Assembly (NCBI GenBank): GCA_033791325.1
Contig: JASJGV010000611.1
Location: 1-24,125 of the forward strand
Reading direction: 5' to 3'
From: Desulfobacterales bacterium
Lineage (GTDB): Bacteria; Desulfobacterota; Desulfobacteria; Desulfobacterales; B30-G6
Length of the DNA stretch: 24,125 nucleotides
Part shown: in pieces, positions 7,329-16,466 of the stretch
Layout: each line of letters begins with the position of its first letter
How positions within the stretch are numbered: position 1 is the first letter of the stretch
Program-made: the position numbers and the translations under genes
Notes under the pieces: generated by a model
What the model saw: only the letters and a program-made list of their open reading frames with translations
Told to the model about the DNA's origin: nothing
Database searches by the model: none

Positions 7329-8024
7329 TTAGGATGCCAAAGCGTATTCCACCGCCGCTTCGGCGTGGATGACAGTGGTGTCAAACAAGGGTATGGGGCT
7401 GTCTTTATCTTTCACGAGCAGACCTATCTCCGTACATCCCAGAATCACACCTTCTGCACCGGCGTTTTCCAAACGTTTGATAACCGCCATATACTTTTCC
7501 TTTGAAGACGTCTTGATCTGACCCAAGCACAACTCTTCAAAGATGACCTGGTGTACCATATCCATGTCTGCATCATTGGGGGTCACAACTTCCAGTCCGT
7601 GGCCCTGCGCCAGTTTTCCCTTATAGAAGTCCTCCTGCATGGTAAACCGTGTCCCCAGCAACCCAATTTTCCTGATACCCCGTGACAGAACGCTCTTTGC
7701 GGTAGGGTCGGCGATGTGAAGCAGAGGGATATCGATCTGTAGTTGGACATCCGGCGCAACCTTGTGCATGGTATTCGTACATATCAGAAGAAAATCCGCC
7801 CCGCCCTTTTGGAGATTTCTCGCAGCCTCTCCCAGAAGTTTTCCGGCTTCATCCCATAGACCCTGTTGCTGAAGGGTTTCGATCTCCTGAAAATCCACTG
7901 AAGACAACAGACATTTAGCGGAATGCAGCCCGCCCAGCCGTTCCCTTACCAGTCGATTGATGGTTCGGTAATATTCCAGGGAAGACTCCCAGCTCATGCC
8001 GCCCAGCAGACCAATGGTTTTCAT
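7329..8024 (-). CDS. PLP-independent aspartate/glutamate racemase family (YgeA/RacX-like)
   Basis: MKTIGLLGGMSWESS, LICTNTMH, ILGCTEIG. Start at ATG 8024 after GGAG. Confidence 0.93.
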   Translation of the reverse strand: MKTIGLLGGMSWESSLEYYRTINRLVRERLGGLHSAKCLLSSVDFQEIETLQQQGLWDEAGKLLGEAARNLQKGGADFLLICTNTMHKVAPDVQLQIDIPLLHIADPTAKSVLSRGIRKIGLLGTRFTMQEDFYKGKLAQGHGLEVVTPNDADMDMVHQVIFEELCLGQIKTSSKEKYMAVIKRLENAGAEGVILGCTEIGLLVKDKDSPIPLFDTTVIHAEAAVEYALAS

Positions 8025-8055
8025 AATTTCGCTCCGTGGCAACCTTGCGGTTGCG

Positions 8056-8109
8056 GCTTTTAGCTGATAGCTCTTAGCTCGTGGCTATCCTGAACCTCAA
8101 AACCTAAAT
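8056..8109. repeat. Short 7-bp-period module (gctttta gctgata gctctta gctcgtg) of the mosaic repeat family
   Basis: Heptad periodicity similar to 4920-4980 and 14455-14470. Confidence 0.6.
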
Positions 8110-8138
8110 CAATGTCTTCACATTGAGCCCGTCTGTGA

Positions 8139-9041
8139 TTACTTTTTCAATATTATGGCTCGACGAAAAATAGTAACCAGACTCTTGGTAAAAAGATATA
8201 GCACCACGAAAAAGGTTAAGGGGAAAATAATACAGTCAAAGACGTACCCGGCAACAAGTTTAAAGGTCAATATCGCCATGTGGCGGGTTTTGTCTTTGAA
8301 GTATGCACCGATGTATTGAATGCGTTCTTTGGTGCTCTCGTATTTTGCCTTGAAATCTAAACCTGGGAAAAGCGACCCTTCCTTGACATCTTCCGGGAAA
8401 AAGCCCTTGTTCAGAGAACCCGGAGAAAACTCTTTGTGAATCTCTTCAAAGCCCGCCTGAGTCTCTTCGATCATGGGTTGCGTAATCTTTTTTGATAAAA
8501 ATGAGGCCCCGGTAATGGAGATGGGAAGGATCACATATAATATCAAAGTCAAAACAACCAGAAAAAGAACCGCCTCCCGAAAGATTTGAATTGTCCGCCC
8601 ATAACCACCCAAGAACCAGCGAAAAAGCAGAAATACCCCGACCCCGAATAGCATTGCCGCCAGACACCAATGATCGATTAACGTGACTGCCTCCAGACAC
8701 ATGCGGGTCATCAGCAGAATTGTACCGCCGGCCAGCGCTGTTTTCCAGGCCACATCCACATAATCGTATACCGCCTGTACGATATCACCGATTTCCAGGT
8801 TGAAACCGATGCCGACCTCAGAACCTTCGATGATGGCCAGCCCGCTCTTTATACCCGACAGCACCAGAAAGCCTGCCAAACTCCGATCAAAGGCATCCTC
8901 CAGATAGGCAAGGTTGGCATCGGAAATTCTTCCCATACCGACTGCCTCCACCAGGTGGTCTGCATACCCGGTCAACGCCAGAATACCAGCAATTATAATC
9001 AGAACAAGCAGCAGACTTTTCTTGGCATATTGTTTTTTCAT
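8139..9041 (-). CDS. Hypothetical multi-pass membrane protein (~300 aa)
   Basis: Long ORF with several hydrophobic segments; no family recognised. Start uncertain (ATG 9041, 9074 or 9089). Confidence 0.75.
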   Translation of the reverse strand: MKKQYAKKSLLLVLIIIAGILALTGYADHLVEAVGMGRISDANLAYLEDAFDRSLAGFLVLSGIKSGLAIIEGSEVGIGFNLEIGDIVQAVYDYVDVAWKTALAGGTILLMTRMCLEAVTLIDHWCLAAMLFGVGVFLLFRWFLGGYGRTIQIFREAVLFLVVLTLILYVILPISITGASFLSKKITQPMIEETQAGFEEIHKEFSPGSLNKGFFPEDVKEGSLFPGLDFKAKYESTKERIQYIGAYFKDKTRHMAILTFKLVAGYVFDCIIFPLTFFVVLYLFTKSLVTIFRRAIILKK

Positions 9042-9182
9042 TGGCGTATCTATTTGCAGGTTCGTTACGGTCATGTATAATAGCGGCATCTCGATTCATT
9101 GTCAAAATCATTAGAAGCCATCTCGAAAATACCTTTTGGCCCAAATTTTTATTTTTTCTACACAACATTCGACTCAGGAGTA

Positions 9183-10007
9183 ATGCATATCATGCTGAAG
9201 GTGGTACTCTGGTCTCTCATAATTTATACTGGATATTGCCTGCTTCTTTTTCTGGGCCAAAGACACATGCTGTTTCCCCGCTACCTGATGCCACCTCTGG
9301 TTGTGGAAGATCATGAGAAAGCACCTCCCCTGGAAACTATTTGGATTCAAACGCGTTTTGGAAAAGTAGAAGCATGGTATTTACCACCGGCAAGATCGTC
9401 TAACAATCAACCTGCTCCACTGGTCATATTTGCCCACGGAAATGCCGAACGTATCGATTTCTGCATCCAGGAACTACTCCAGTTTACGCTTTGGGGTATG
9501 GGGGTTTTGTTGGTGGAGTTTCCGGGTTATGGTCGATCCGAAGGAAAACCATCCCAGGCAAGCATCACAGAAACATTTGTAACTGCTTATGACCTGATGG
9601 CAGGCAGAGAAGATGTGGATGCATCAAAGATAATACTGTATGGGCGTTCCATAGGGGGAGGTGCCATCTGTTCATTGCTAAAATATCGTCAGGCAGCAGC
9701 AGTCATATTGATGTCCACCTTCACTAGTGTCCGTTCGTTTGCCTCAAGATATCTCGCCCCCCCTTTTCTTGTACGGGATCCGTTTGACAACCTTGCTGCT
9801 GTACGAACATTTCAGGGACCGCTATTAATCCTGCATGGAAAATATGATGAAGTCATTCCCTATGCCCACGGAAATGCCCTTTACCAGGCCTCCCCGAACG
9901 CCCGATTCCTTTCTTATGAATGCGGTCATAACGATTGCCCGCCGGATTGGCGCCAATTCTGGGAAGATGTGAAAGATTTTCTCAGGAATGCCGGCCTGAT
10001 ATACTGA
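9183..10007 (+). CDS. Alpha/beta hydrolase, ABHD17/Bem46-like, with N-terminal membrane anchor
   Basis: FAHGNAE, PGYGRSEGKPS, nucleophile elbow YGRSIGG, LILHGKYDEVIP, CGHND. AGGAG RBS before ATG 9183. Confidence 0.9.
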   Translation: MHIMLKVVLWSLIIYTGYCLLLFLGQRHMLFPRYLMPPLVVEDHEKAPPLETIWIQTRFGKVEAWYLPPARSSNNQPAPLVIFAHGNAERIDFCIQELLQFTLWGMGVLLVEFPGYGRSEGKPSQASITETFVTAYDLMAGREDVDASKIILYGRSIGGGAICSLLKYRQAAAVILMSTFTSVRSFASRYLAPPFLVRDPFDNLAAVRTFQGPLLILHGKYDEVIPYAHGNALYQASPNARFLSYECGHNDCPPDWRQFWEDVKDFLRNAGLIY

Positions 10008-10009
10008 TA

Positions 10010-10221
10010 GGTTGATAGGGGTTTAGGTTGTAGGCTGAAAAGCTATCCTGATTCTAACAACTGAACCTAATACTTAAAACCTAACACCTAAAACGGATTG
10101 GTTTCCCCTCCAACCTTTTTTTTATGCTTGGAAGCTATGATGCCTGGATGCTGGGATGCTGCTAACAGCTGATCGCTGTCAGCTACCCTTGGACCCTCCA
10201 AACCTCCGACCCTCCAACCCT
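10010..10221 (-). repeat. Mosaic intergenic repeat between convergent hydrolase and DUF47 genes
   Basis: 10135-10221 is an inverted relative of 14334-14405. 10101-10115 is the exact reverse complement of 15263-15277. Confidence 0.85.
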
Positions 10222-10229
10222 GTTCTTTT

Positions 10230-10898
10230 CTACTTCGCCACCATCGCCCGCATCATGTCACCGGCATTTTCAGCATGATCTGCAATGGAACCGATAATCT
10301 CAGCCAGCTTGACGACATGATAAACGGTGATCGGGTCGACATCCATGCTGAATATTTTCGCCTTTATCGTGTGTTCCACACGATCGGCCTCCCGTTCCTG
10401 GAGACGTAGCGTCCGGATGATATCCTTGACGATAATACGTTGTTTTTCTTTATAATTATGGAAATATTTCCTGGCCTCCACGATCATATTGCCCAGCTCA
10501 TCGATGGGGTCCACCACCATTTCCACCAGATGGAAAATATCCTTCTGTATCTCCTTTGGGTACTTCTCATCAGGCCTGAGAGAAAGCCAGTCCAGGGCAT
10601 GCTCCACCGAATCAAGCACGCTATCCTGCTCTCTTAAATATCGAAACAGTTGAAATTTATCGATGGGCATGATCGTGCCTTTTGGAATGTGTCCCCGAAT
10701 TCTCCGTTTGATGGAATCGGCCTCTCTCTCCATCTCGATAATATCTCCACGGAGGGAGTCGAAACGGGAACATTTATAGGATATATGGCACTCCACTGCT
10801 TCCTGAAATACCCATGCGCAGTCCTTAACAACTTCTGCATGTTCCTGCATTCCGTCAAACGGCGATGTCATGAACATTGACAAGAAAGGTATTCTCAT
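10230..10898 (-). CDS. DUF47/TIGR00153 phosphate transport regulator (PhoU-like fold)
   Basis: EREADSIKRRIR and EREADRVEH repeats, IADHAENAGD; adjacent to PiT. Confidence 0.9.
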   Translation of the reverse strand: MRIPFLSMFMTSPFDGMQEHAEVVKDCAWVFQEAVECHISYKCSRFDSLRGDIIEMEREADSIKRRIRGHIPKGTIMPIDKFQLFRYLREQDSVLDSVEHALDWLSLRPDEKYPKEIQKDIFHLVEMVVDPIDELGNMIVEARKYFHNYKEKQRIIVKDIIRTLRLQEREADRVEHTIKAKIFSMDVDPITVYHVVKLAEIIGSIADHAENAGDMMRAMVAK

Positions 10899-10909
10899 GG
10901 CCCTCTCCT

Positions 10910-12142
10910 TTAATAAAATATCCGGATAATTTTAAAAACAATCATGCTGGTTATGGCTGATGCCGGAACCGTCAGGACCCAGTAGATCATGATCTGGAAT
11001 ATAATCCTGAAATTAACAGCTTCGAGCCCCCGCGCAAGACCAACGCCCAAAACTCCGCCCACTGCCGCATGGGTTGTAGACACAGGTAATCCCATCTTCG
11101 AAGCCAACAAAACCGTTGTTGCTGCTGCAAAATCAACGGAAAACCCACGGGTATTGGTCAGGGTGGTAATTTTGGTTCCGATGGTTGTCATCACCCGCTT
11201 TCCGGCCATACCAATACCTAAGGCAATACCGATACCGCCAAACATCAGCAGGAATATTGGCACCGGAACCTTGTCACCGATGGTACCCGTTTTGACCAGA
11301 AAGTAAATCACAGCCAGAGGTCCAATGGCATTTGCCACATCATTTGCACCCTGCGCCAATGCCACATAACAGGACGTACCGATTTGAATCCTTCGAAAAA
11401 CCTCTTCGGCGCCGTTGCCGTTACTCTCTGTTTCCACAAGATATCTCCGCAACAATACCTTTCCAATATACCCCAAAACAGCAGCTAAAAGAAACGATAG
11501 GATCAGGGCCATGGGCATTGATATGGAAAATTTTTTGCCGAGGGGGGTTTTAAAGAGAAACGAAAGAACCACCACAAAAACGGTAATCCCTATAAAATAG
11601 GGCGAGCAGCGTATGGACCGTTCGAATATGGCATCTCTTGAAAGAATAACCCTGACAATCACCTTGAACATGACAAACGCGATAACGAGGCTGAAGACAG
11701 GCGAGATAACCCAACTCAGGACAACCGCTCCCAGTTTCCCCCAATTGATTACAGAAATTCCCCCGGCCATGATACCAAAGCCTATCATGGCTCCGACGAT
11801 GGAATGGGTTGTTGAAACCGGCAGAGAACGCCAGGTGGCAAAACTAACCCATAAAGCGGCCGCCAGTAACGCCGCGAGCGCACCAGCCAATGCAATATGG
11901 GGGTCTGACATCACCTCGGTGGAAACGATGCCTTTACGAATGGTGTTAGTGACATGCGAACCGATGAAGGTCGCGCCCACAATATTCAAAATACCTGCAA
12001 TAAATACAGCTTGGCGGATGGTAATCGCTTTGGCGCCAACAGCCGATGCCATGGAATTGGCAACATCATTGGCACCGATATTCCAGGCCATATAAAAACC
12101 AAACACAAAACCAATGATAAGAATCAGATATTCAGCCGACAT
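10910..12142 (-). CDS. Inorganic phosphate transporter, PiT family
   Basis: Two GANDVAN motifs and two PVSTTH motifs. Start re-called at MSAEYL (ATG 12142). Confidence 0.95.
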   Translation of the reverse strand: MSAEYLILIIGFVFGFYMAWNIGANDVANSMASAVGAKAITIRQAVFIAGILNIVGATFIGSHVTNTIRKGIVSTEVMSDPHIALAGALAALLAAALWVSFATWRSLPVSTTHSIVGAMIGFGIMAGGISVINWGKLGAVVLSWVISPVFSLVIAFVMFKVIVRVILSRDAIFERSIRCSPYFIGITVFVVVLSFLFKTPLGKKFSISMPMALILSFLLAAVLGYIGKVLLRRYLVETESNGNGAEEVFRRIQIGTSCYVALAQGANDVANAIGPLAVIYFLVKTGTIGDKVPVPIFLLMFGGIGIALGIGMAGKRVMTTIGTKITTLTNTRGFSVDFAAATTVLLASKMGLPVSTTHAAVGGVLGVGLARGLEAVNFRIIFQIMIYWVLTVPASAITSMIVFKIIRIFY

Positions 12143-12159
12143 ACTTCCACATGATATTT

Positions 12160-12305
12160 TGATTGAAGAACCTCGCAGCAAGTTACGAGGAATGTTCTGC
12201 CGTACGGCAGTGCTTCGCATCGACCGTAAGGACTTCTGGCTAATTTAGATTCACCCGCTAACCCCGCAGCAAGCTACGGGATAACGCTCGCTGTTGCGGT
12301 TCAAA
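12160..12305 (+). repeat. Dispersed repeat family S, long copy with two related hairpins and a perfect 14-bp palindrome
   Basis: cctcgcagcaagttacgagg (12171-12190), cccgcagcaagctacggg (12263-12280), ctgccgtacggcag (12197-12210). Ends match 1779-1833. Confidence 0.8.
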
Positions 12306-12508
12306 ATGAGACTATCATAACCAAAAAAAGCTCTATGTCAAGTTTCATGAAACGTTCGGGATGGGTTTTCCAGCATTCATGGCATGCTGCCCTGCAAAAA
12401 TACCATAGGTGTTATTTTTCGTTAACATGGGTTATTAACAAGAATTGATTTATATCTATAAATAAAATCATTGACGATAAATAACTATAAATATAAATGC
12501 TCACCAGA

Positions 12509-12534
12509 GCGTTACAAACAACCCATTGTTACGC
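12509..12534. promoter_or_regulatory. Candidate operator palindrome upstream of the regulator-tupABC locus
   Basis: GCGTTACAA-N8-TTGTTACGC, 8/9 arm match, 31 bp upstream of ATG 12566. Confidence 0.45.
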
Positions 12535-12565
12535 ACCCTGCACAAAATAGAAAGGATTGCGATTC

Positions 12566-13468
12566 ATGAAAGACCTCATGACCACCAAACAAGTCTCCGT
12601 TTTTCTCAACATCAACGAGAAGATGGTATATACCCTCGTGTCGGAAAAAGGACTGCCGGCCACCAAAGTGACAGGCAAATGGCTGTTTCCGAGGCACCTC
12701 GTGGAACAGTGGATCGAAACCAACACCCAAAATTATCCGGAAACGGAAAATCGACTGCCGCCGTATCAAGACCTGCTCATCATCGCCGGCAGCAATGATT
12801 TGCTTCTGGATAAAACCATATCCCTGTTCAACACACGCTATCCAGATCACCTGGCTGTTTTCGGGAACCTGGGCAGCATGGGCGGGCTAAGGGCGCTGAA
12901 AAGGGATATGTGTCACATCGCCTCGAGCCACCTGCTTCAGGACAATAAAAATGAATATAATTTTTCCTTTGCTTCCAAAGAACTTCATAAAATGCCGGCT
13001 GTGGTCAATTTTTGCAAACGCGAGCAGGGAATTCTTCTAAAGAAAAATAATCCCAAACACATAAACAGCATACCCGATCTCGGGAAAAAAGGGGTTCAGA
13101 TCATCAACCGGGATCTCGGAACAGGCACCCGCCTCCTTTTTGACAAGGAACTGAAAAGTGCAGGCCTCACGGGTGACAAGATCGATGGTTACCACAATAT
13201 TGCAAACCGGCATATGGACGTCGGTCTGGAGATATTGTCAGGACGGGCCGATGCCGGTCCGGGCATTCGTCCGGTCGCGTCTCTTTTAGGCCTCGACTTC
13301 ATACCCCTGCGATGGGAACGATATGATCTGCTGATATCCCGGGATCGCTTTTTTGAGCAGGGGGTTCAGTATTTCCAGGCACTCCTGCACGAAGACGCGT
13401 TTCTCAAAATCGCTCAGGATCTTGATGGTTACGATATCAGCGAGCGGGGAAAAATGAGGTTTTTATAA
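12566..13468 (+). CDS. Excisionase-type HTH (HTH_17) + PBP-like domain transcriptional regulator (TaoR-like, molybdate/tungstate associated)
   Basis: MTTKQVSVFLNINEKMVYTLVSEKGLPATKVTGKWLFP HTH; AGSND, GSMGGL, NRDLGTGTR, LDFIPLRWERYDL PBP domain; directly upstream of tupA. Confidence 0.88.
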   Translation: MKDLMTTKQVSVFLNINEKMVYTLVSEKGLPATKVTGKWLFPRHLVEQWIETNTQNYPETENRLPPYQDLLIIAGSNDLLLDKTISLFNTRYPDHLAVFGNLGSMGGLRALKRDMCHIASSHLLQDNKNEYNFSFASKELHKMPAVVNFCKREQGILLKKNNPKHINSIPDLGKKGVQIINRDLGTGTRLLFDKELKSAGLTGDKIDGYHNIANRHMDVGLEILSGRADAGPGIRPVASLLGLDFIPLRWERYDLLISRDRFFEQGVQYFQALLHEDAFLKIAQDLDGYDISERGKMRFL

Positions 13469-13505
13469 CTAAAATTAATTGTGTTGAAATGGAAAGGAAA
13501 TTTAA

Positions 13506-14333
13506 ATGAGAAAGGTATTTGCTGCAGGACTGATGGTTTTTTTGATGATGGGAATATTCAGTGGTGTTTCACTGGGAGCAGAGAAAGTATTGATGATGGC
13601 AACCACCACGAGTACAGATAATACCGGGCTGCTCGATTACCTGGCGCCGGCCTTTACAAAAGCCACTGGCATCGATTTGCGCTGGACCGCGATCGGAACA
13701 GGCAAGGCGCTGAAGATGGGCCAGAACTGCGATGTAGATGTCCTGCTGGTCCACGCACCCGGCGCTGAAAAGAAATTTGTCGATGCCGGTTTCGGCGTCA
13801 ATCGTCGGGAACTCATGTATAACGATTTTGTTATCATCGGGCCCGCGTCAGACCCTGCCGGAATCAAAGGTCTCCCCATCAGCAAAGCCATGATGGGTAT
13901 CCAGAAGTCAAAAGCGTTGTTTGTCAGCAGAGGGGATAATTCCGGCACCAACAAAAAGGAAATCCTTCTCTGGAAAAACGCGGGTATGACTGTGCCGGAT
14001 AAAGAGCCTTGGTACATGCAGGCCGGACAGGGGATGCTGGCAACCATTCAAATCGCCGAACAGCGAAACGGCTACGCCATGACGGACAGGGTAACTTATA
14101 TCAAGTACAGTCACAACAGCGGTGGCAATCCTGTACTGAAAGTCATTGTGGAAGGCGATGCCATTCTTCTCAACCAGTACAGCGCCATTGCCATCAACAC
14201 CGGCAACTGTCCCAATGCAAAGTTTGATCTCGCCATGGCCTTCAGCGACTGGATGGCCGGCTCAGAAGCCCAGAGGATGATCAAAGATTTCAGGTTGCTG
14301 GGACAGCAGTTGTTTACACCGAATGCGAAATAG
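13506..14333 (+). CDS. tupA: Tungstate ABC transporter substrate-binding protein
   Basis: Signal peptide; MATTTSTDNTGLL (TTTS), VHAP, YNDFVIIGP, SRGDNSGT. Confidence 0.93.
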   Translation: MRKVFAAGLMVFLMMGIFSGVSLGAEKVLMMATTTSTDNTGLLDYLAPAFTKATGIDLRWTAIGTGKALKMGQNCDVDVLLVHAPGAEKKFVDAGFGVNRRELMYNDFVIIGPASDPAGIKGLPISKAMMGIQKSKALFVSRGDNSGTNKKEILLWKNAGMTVPDKEPWYMQAGQGMLATIQIAEQRNGYAMTDRVTYIKYSHNSGGNPVLKVIVEGDAILLNQYSAIAINTGNCPNAKFDLAMAFSDWMAGSEAQRMIKDFRLLGQQLFTPNAK

Positions 14334-14575
14334 AGGGTTGGAGGGGTGGAGGGTGGCTGAAAGCGATCAGCTGACAGCAGCATTCCAGCTTCCAGGCATC
14401 CTCGCTTCCCAGCAAACAAGGAATCCAAGGACTGAAAGAGTGAAGGGGAAGCTTTCAGCTATAAGCTGTAGACCAACATAGAGCTAAGGGCGGATAGCAA
14501 CCCAATAAACACAACGAACTCAATAACAATAAAAGCGACAAGGTCGCGTTTTATAAATTCGTGGAACGAATTTAT
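14334..14575 (+). repeat. Mosaic repeat filling the tupA-tupB gap (8-mer, 7-mer and 9-mer periodic modules + 42-bp twin hairpin)
   Basis: Begins agggttggagg directly after the tupA stop; inverted similarity to 10135-10221; 14534-14575 matches 16755-16796. Confidence 0.85.
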
Positions 14576-15262
14576 ATGGATTACATCTTCACAGGATTTA
14601 TTCAGGCGTTTCAGCTTCTGTTCAGCGGGGATGAGCAAACCTATTCCGCCATTTTCGTGACAGTTCGCGTGACAGGCTATTCCATGGCGGTCAGTCTGCT
14701 GGCGGGCATTCCCCTGGGATTTATGCTCGGCCACCTCGAATTTAAAGGCAAACGCCCCTTGCGACTTCTGGTGGACACTGCCCTGGCACTGCCGACAGTT
14801 TTCATCGGGCTTGTTGTCTACGCGTTCCTGTCCAACCGCGGCCCCCTGGGGCATATGGGCCTGTTATTTACACTACCGGGTATCGCCATCGGTCAGACCA
14901 TACTGGCGCTTCCCATTGTCATTGCCTTGACGGCAGCAGCCGTCGAAGGCATGGATCGTCATCTGAGAACAACCCTCATTTCACTGGGTGCCAACCGGAG
15001 ACAGCTTCTGTTCAGCAGCCTCTGGGAGGTTCGTTTCAGCATTACTGCGGCAGCCTTAACCGCCTTTGGCAGGGTCATGACGGAAGTCGGCATCTCCATG
15101 ATGGTGGGTGGCAACATCAAATGGCACACCCGGACCATCACGACGGCCATCGCCCTGGAAACCAACAAGGGGCTCTTTGGCATGGGCATCGCCCTCGGGT
15201 TGGTCCTCTTGATGATCGCCTTTGCTGTGAACTTGTCGGTGGCGCTGGTGAATAAACGATAG
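14576..15262 (+). CDS. tupB: Tungstate ABC transporter permease
   Basis: LPTVFIGLVVY, FGRVMTEVGISMMVGGNIKWHTRTITTAIALET. ATG 14576 preferred over GTG 14561. Confidence 0.93.
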   Translation: MDYIFTGFIQAFQLLFSGDEQTYSAIFVTVRVTGYSMAVSLLAGIPLGFMLGHLEFKGKRPLRLLVDTALALPTVFIGLVVYAFLSNRGPLGHMGLLFTLPGIAIGQTILALPIVIALTAAAVEGMDRHLRTTLISLGANRRQLLFSSLWEVRFSITAAALTAFGRVMTEVGISMMVGGNIKWHTRTITTAIALETNKGLFGMGIALGLVLLMIAFAVNLSVALVNKR

Positions 15263-15440
15263 GGTTGGAGGGGAAACAGACCGTTTTACGTTTTAAGTGT
15301 TAGGTTTGGTTAAGCCGTCAGCTATTAGCAACAATCAATTACGCGCGCAGCGCTAATGACCATCAATGACCGCCGAAGGCGTAATGTCGCCTGCAGGGCA
15401 AAAGGCACCTAACAGCCTACAGTCTGAACCCCTATCAGCC
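15263..15440 (+). repeat. Mosaic repeat filling the tupB-tupC gap, including three 18-bp mini-hairpin units
   Basis: 15263-15277 is the inverse of 10101-10115; 15387-15422 aligns ungapped with 5047-5082. Confidence 0.85.
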
Positions 15441-15450
15441 TAATATAGCT

Positions 15451-16455
15451 ATGATAAATCTTTATCAAATAGATAATCTCCAGCACCATTATAATGGCCA
15501 CCCGGCCCTGGATATCGACAATTTTTCCATCCGGCCGGGCACCATCACCGGTATCATCGGCCCCAACGGCAGCGGCAAAAGCACTTTGCTTAAAATGCTG
15601 GCTTTCATCGAACAGCCCCGGAAAGGCAAGATCCTCTTCAAAGGTGAATCCGCCGAACCCTTTGCGGATCACGTCAGATTTCAGGTCACGCTCCTGACCC
15701 AGGAGCCGTACCTTATGAAACGTTCGGTCTTCAAAAACATATCATACGGGCTCGAACTGCGTAGGGACACCCATGATCTCTTAAGCCGCGTACATGACGC
15801 CTTGTCTCTGGTGGGCCTGTCCGGAAATGACTTTTTGCATCGGAAATGGTATGAATTGTCCGGTGGTGAAGCACAGCGTGTAGCCCTGGCCGCACGGCTT
15901 GTTCTAAAACCGGAAGTTCTGCTGCTGGACGAACCCACAGTCAGCATCGACGCCGCCAGTGCTCAGATAATCAAGGACACTGCTCTTATGGCAAAAAACA
16001 AGTGGGGTACAACACTGGTAATCGCGAGCCATGACTGGGAATGGCTATATGATATCTGTGAACATGTCGTTCATTTGTTCAGGGGACGTTTTTTTGGCGT
16101 CGGCCGCCAGAACTTTATTTTTGGTCCCTGGTCTGAAACAACAAGCGGCAAATGGGTTAAGAATCTCCAGGATGGTCAATCTCTTGAAGTGCCATGCCCC
16201 CCCTCGGAAAATGCCATAGCCATCATCAACCCGGAAAACATATTGTTGACCACAGAGGGAAATACCTGTTCCATCGAAGGCATCATCACAAGACTGGTTC
16301 TGGAAAGACACACTCAGGAAATTATCCTCATTGTCCAGGCTGCCAACCAAGCTATTACCGCCAAGTTGTCACCGGAAGATAAACGTAGATTTTCGTTCTA
16401 CCCCGGTCAAACGATCCGACTATCCTATACACCAGAAGATGTTAACTGGTATTAG
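15451..16455 (+). CDS. tupC: Tungstate ABC transporter ATPase with C-terminal extension (TOBE-like)
   Basis: GPNGSGKS, LSGGEAQRVALA, LLLDEP, ASHD; about 120 extra C-terminal residues; operon context. Confidence 0.88.
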   Translation: MINLYQIDNLQHHYNGHPALDIDNFSIRPGTITGIIGPNGSGKSTLLKMLAFIEQPRKGKILFKGESAEPFADHVRFQVTLLTQEPYLMKRSVFKNISYGLELRRDTHDLLSRVHDALSLVGLSGNDFLHRKWYELSGGEAQRVALAARLVLKPEVLLLDEPTVSIDAASAQIIKDTALMAKNKWGTTLVIASHDWEWLYDICEHVVHLFRGRFFGVGRQNFIFGPWSETTSGKWVKNLQDGQSLEVPCPPSENAIAIINPENILLTTEGNTCSIEGIITRLVLERHTQEIILIVQAANQAITAKLSPEDKRRFSFYPGQTIRLSYTPEDVNWY

Positions 16456-16466
16456 AAGCTATCTCA

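Noticed and set aside
7329-8024. Racemase as D-amino-acid supplier for the PrdB-like selenoprotein
   Set aside because: It is Asp/Glu-racemase type rather than proline racemase, and lies 9 kb away with no linkage evidence.
10230-12142. PiT-DUF47 pair
   Set aside because: Common, well-described arrangement.
12380-12396. TGGCA...TGCA sigma54-like promoter
   Set aside because: GG-to-GC spacing is 11 nt; sigma54 requires 10.
14085-14096. TupA DRVT where I recall DRG/AT
   Set aside because: A single substitution next to the conserved Arg; cannot be judged without an alignment or structure.
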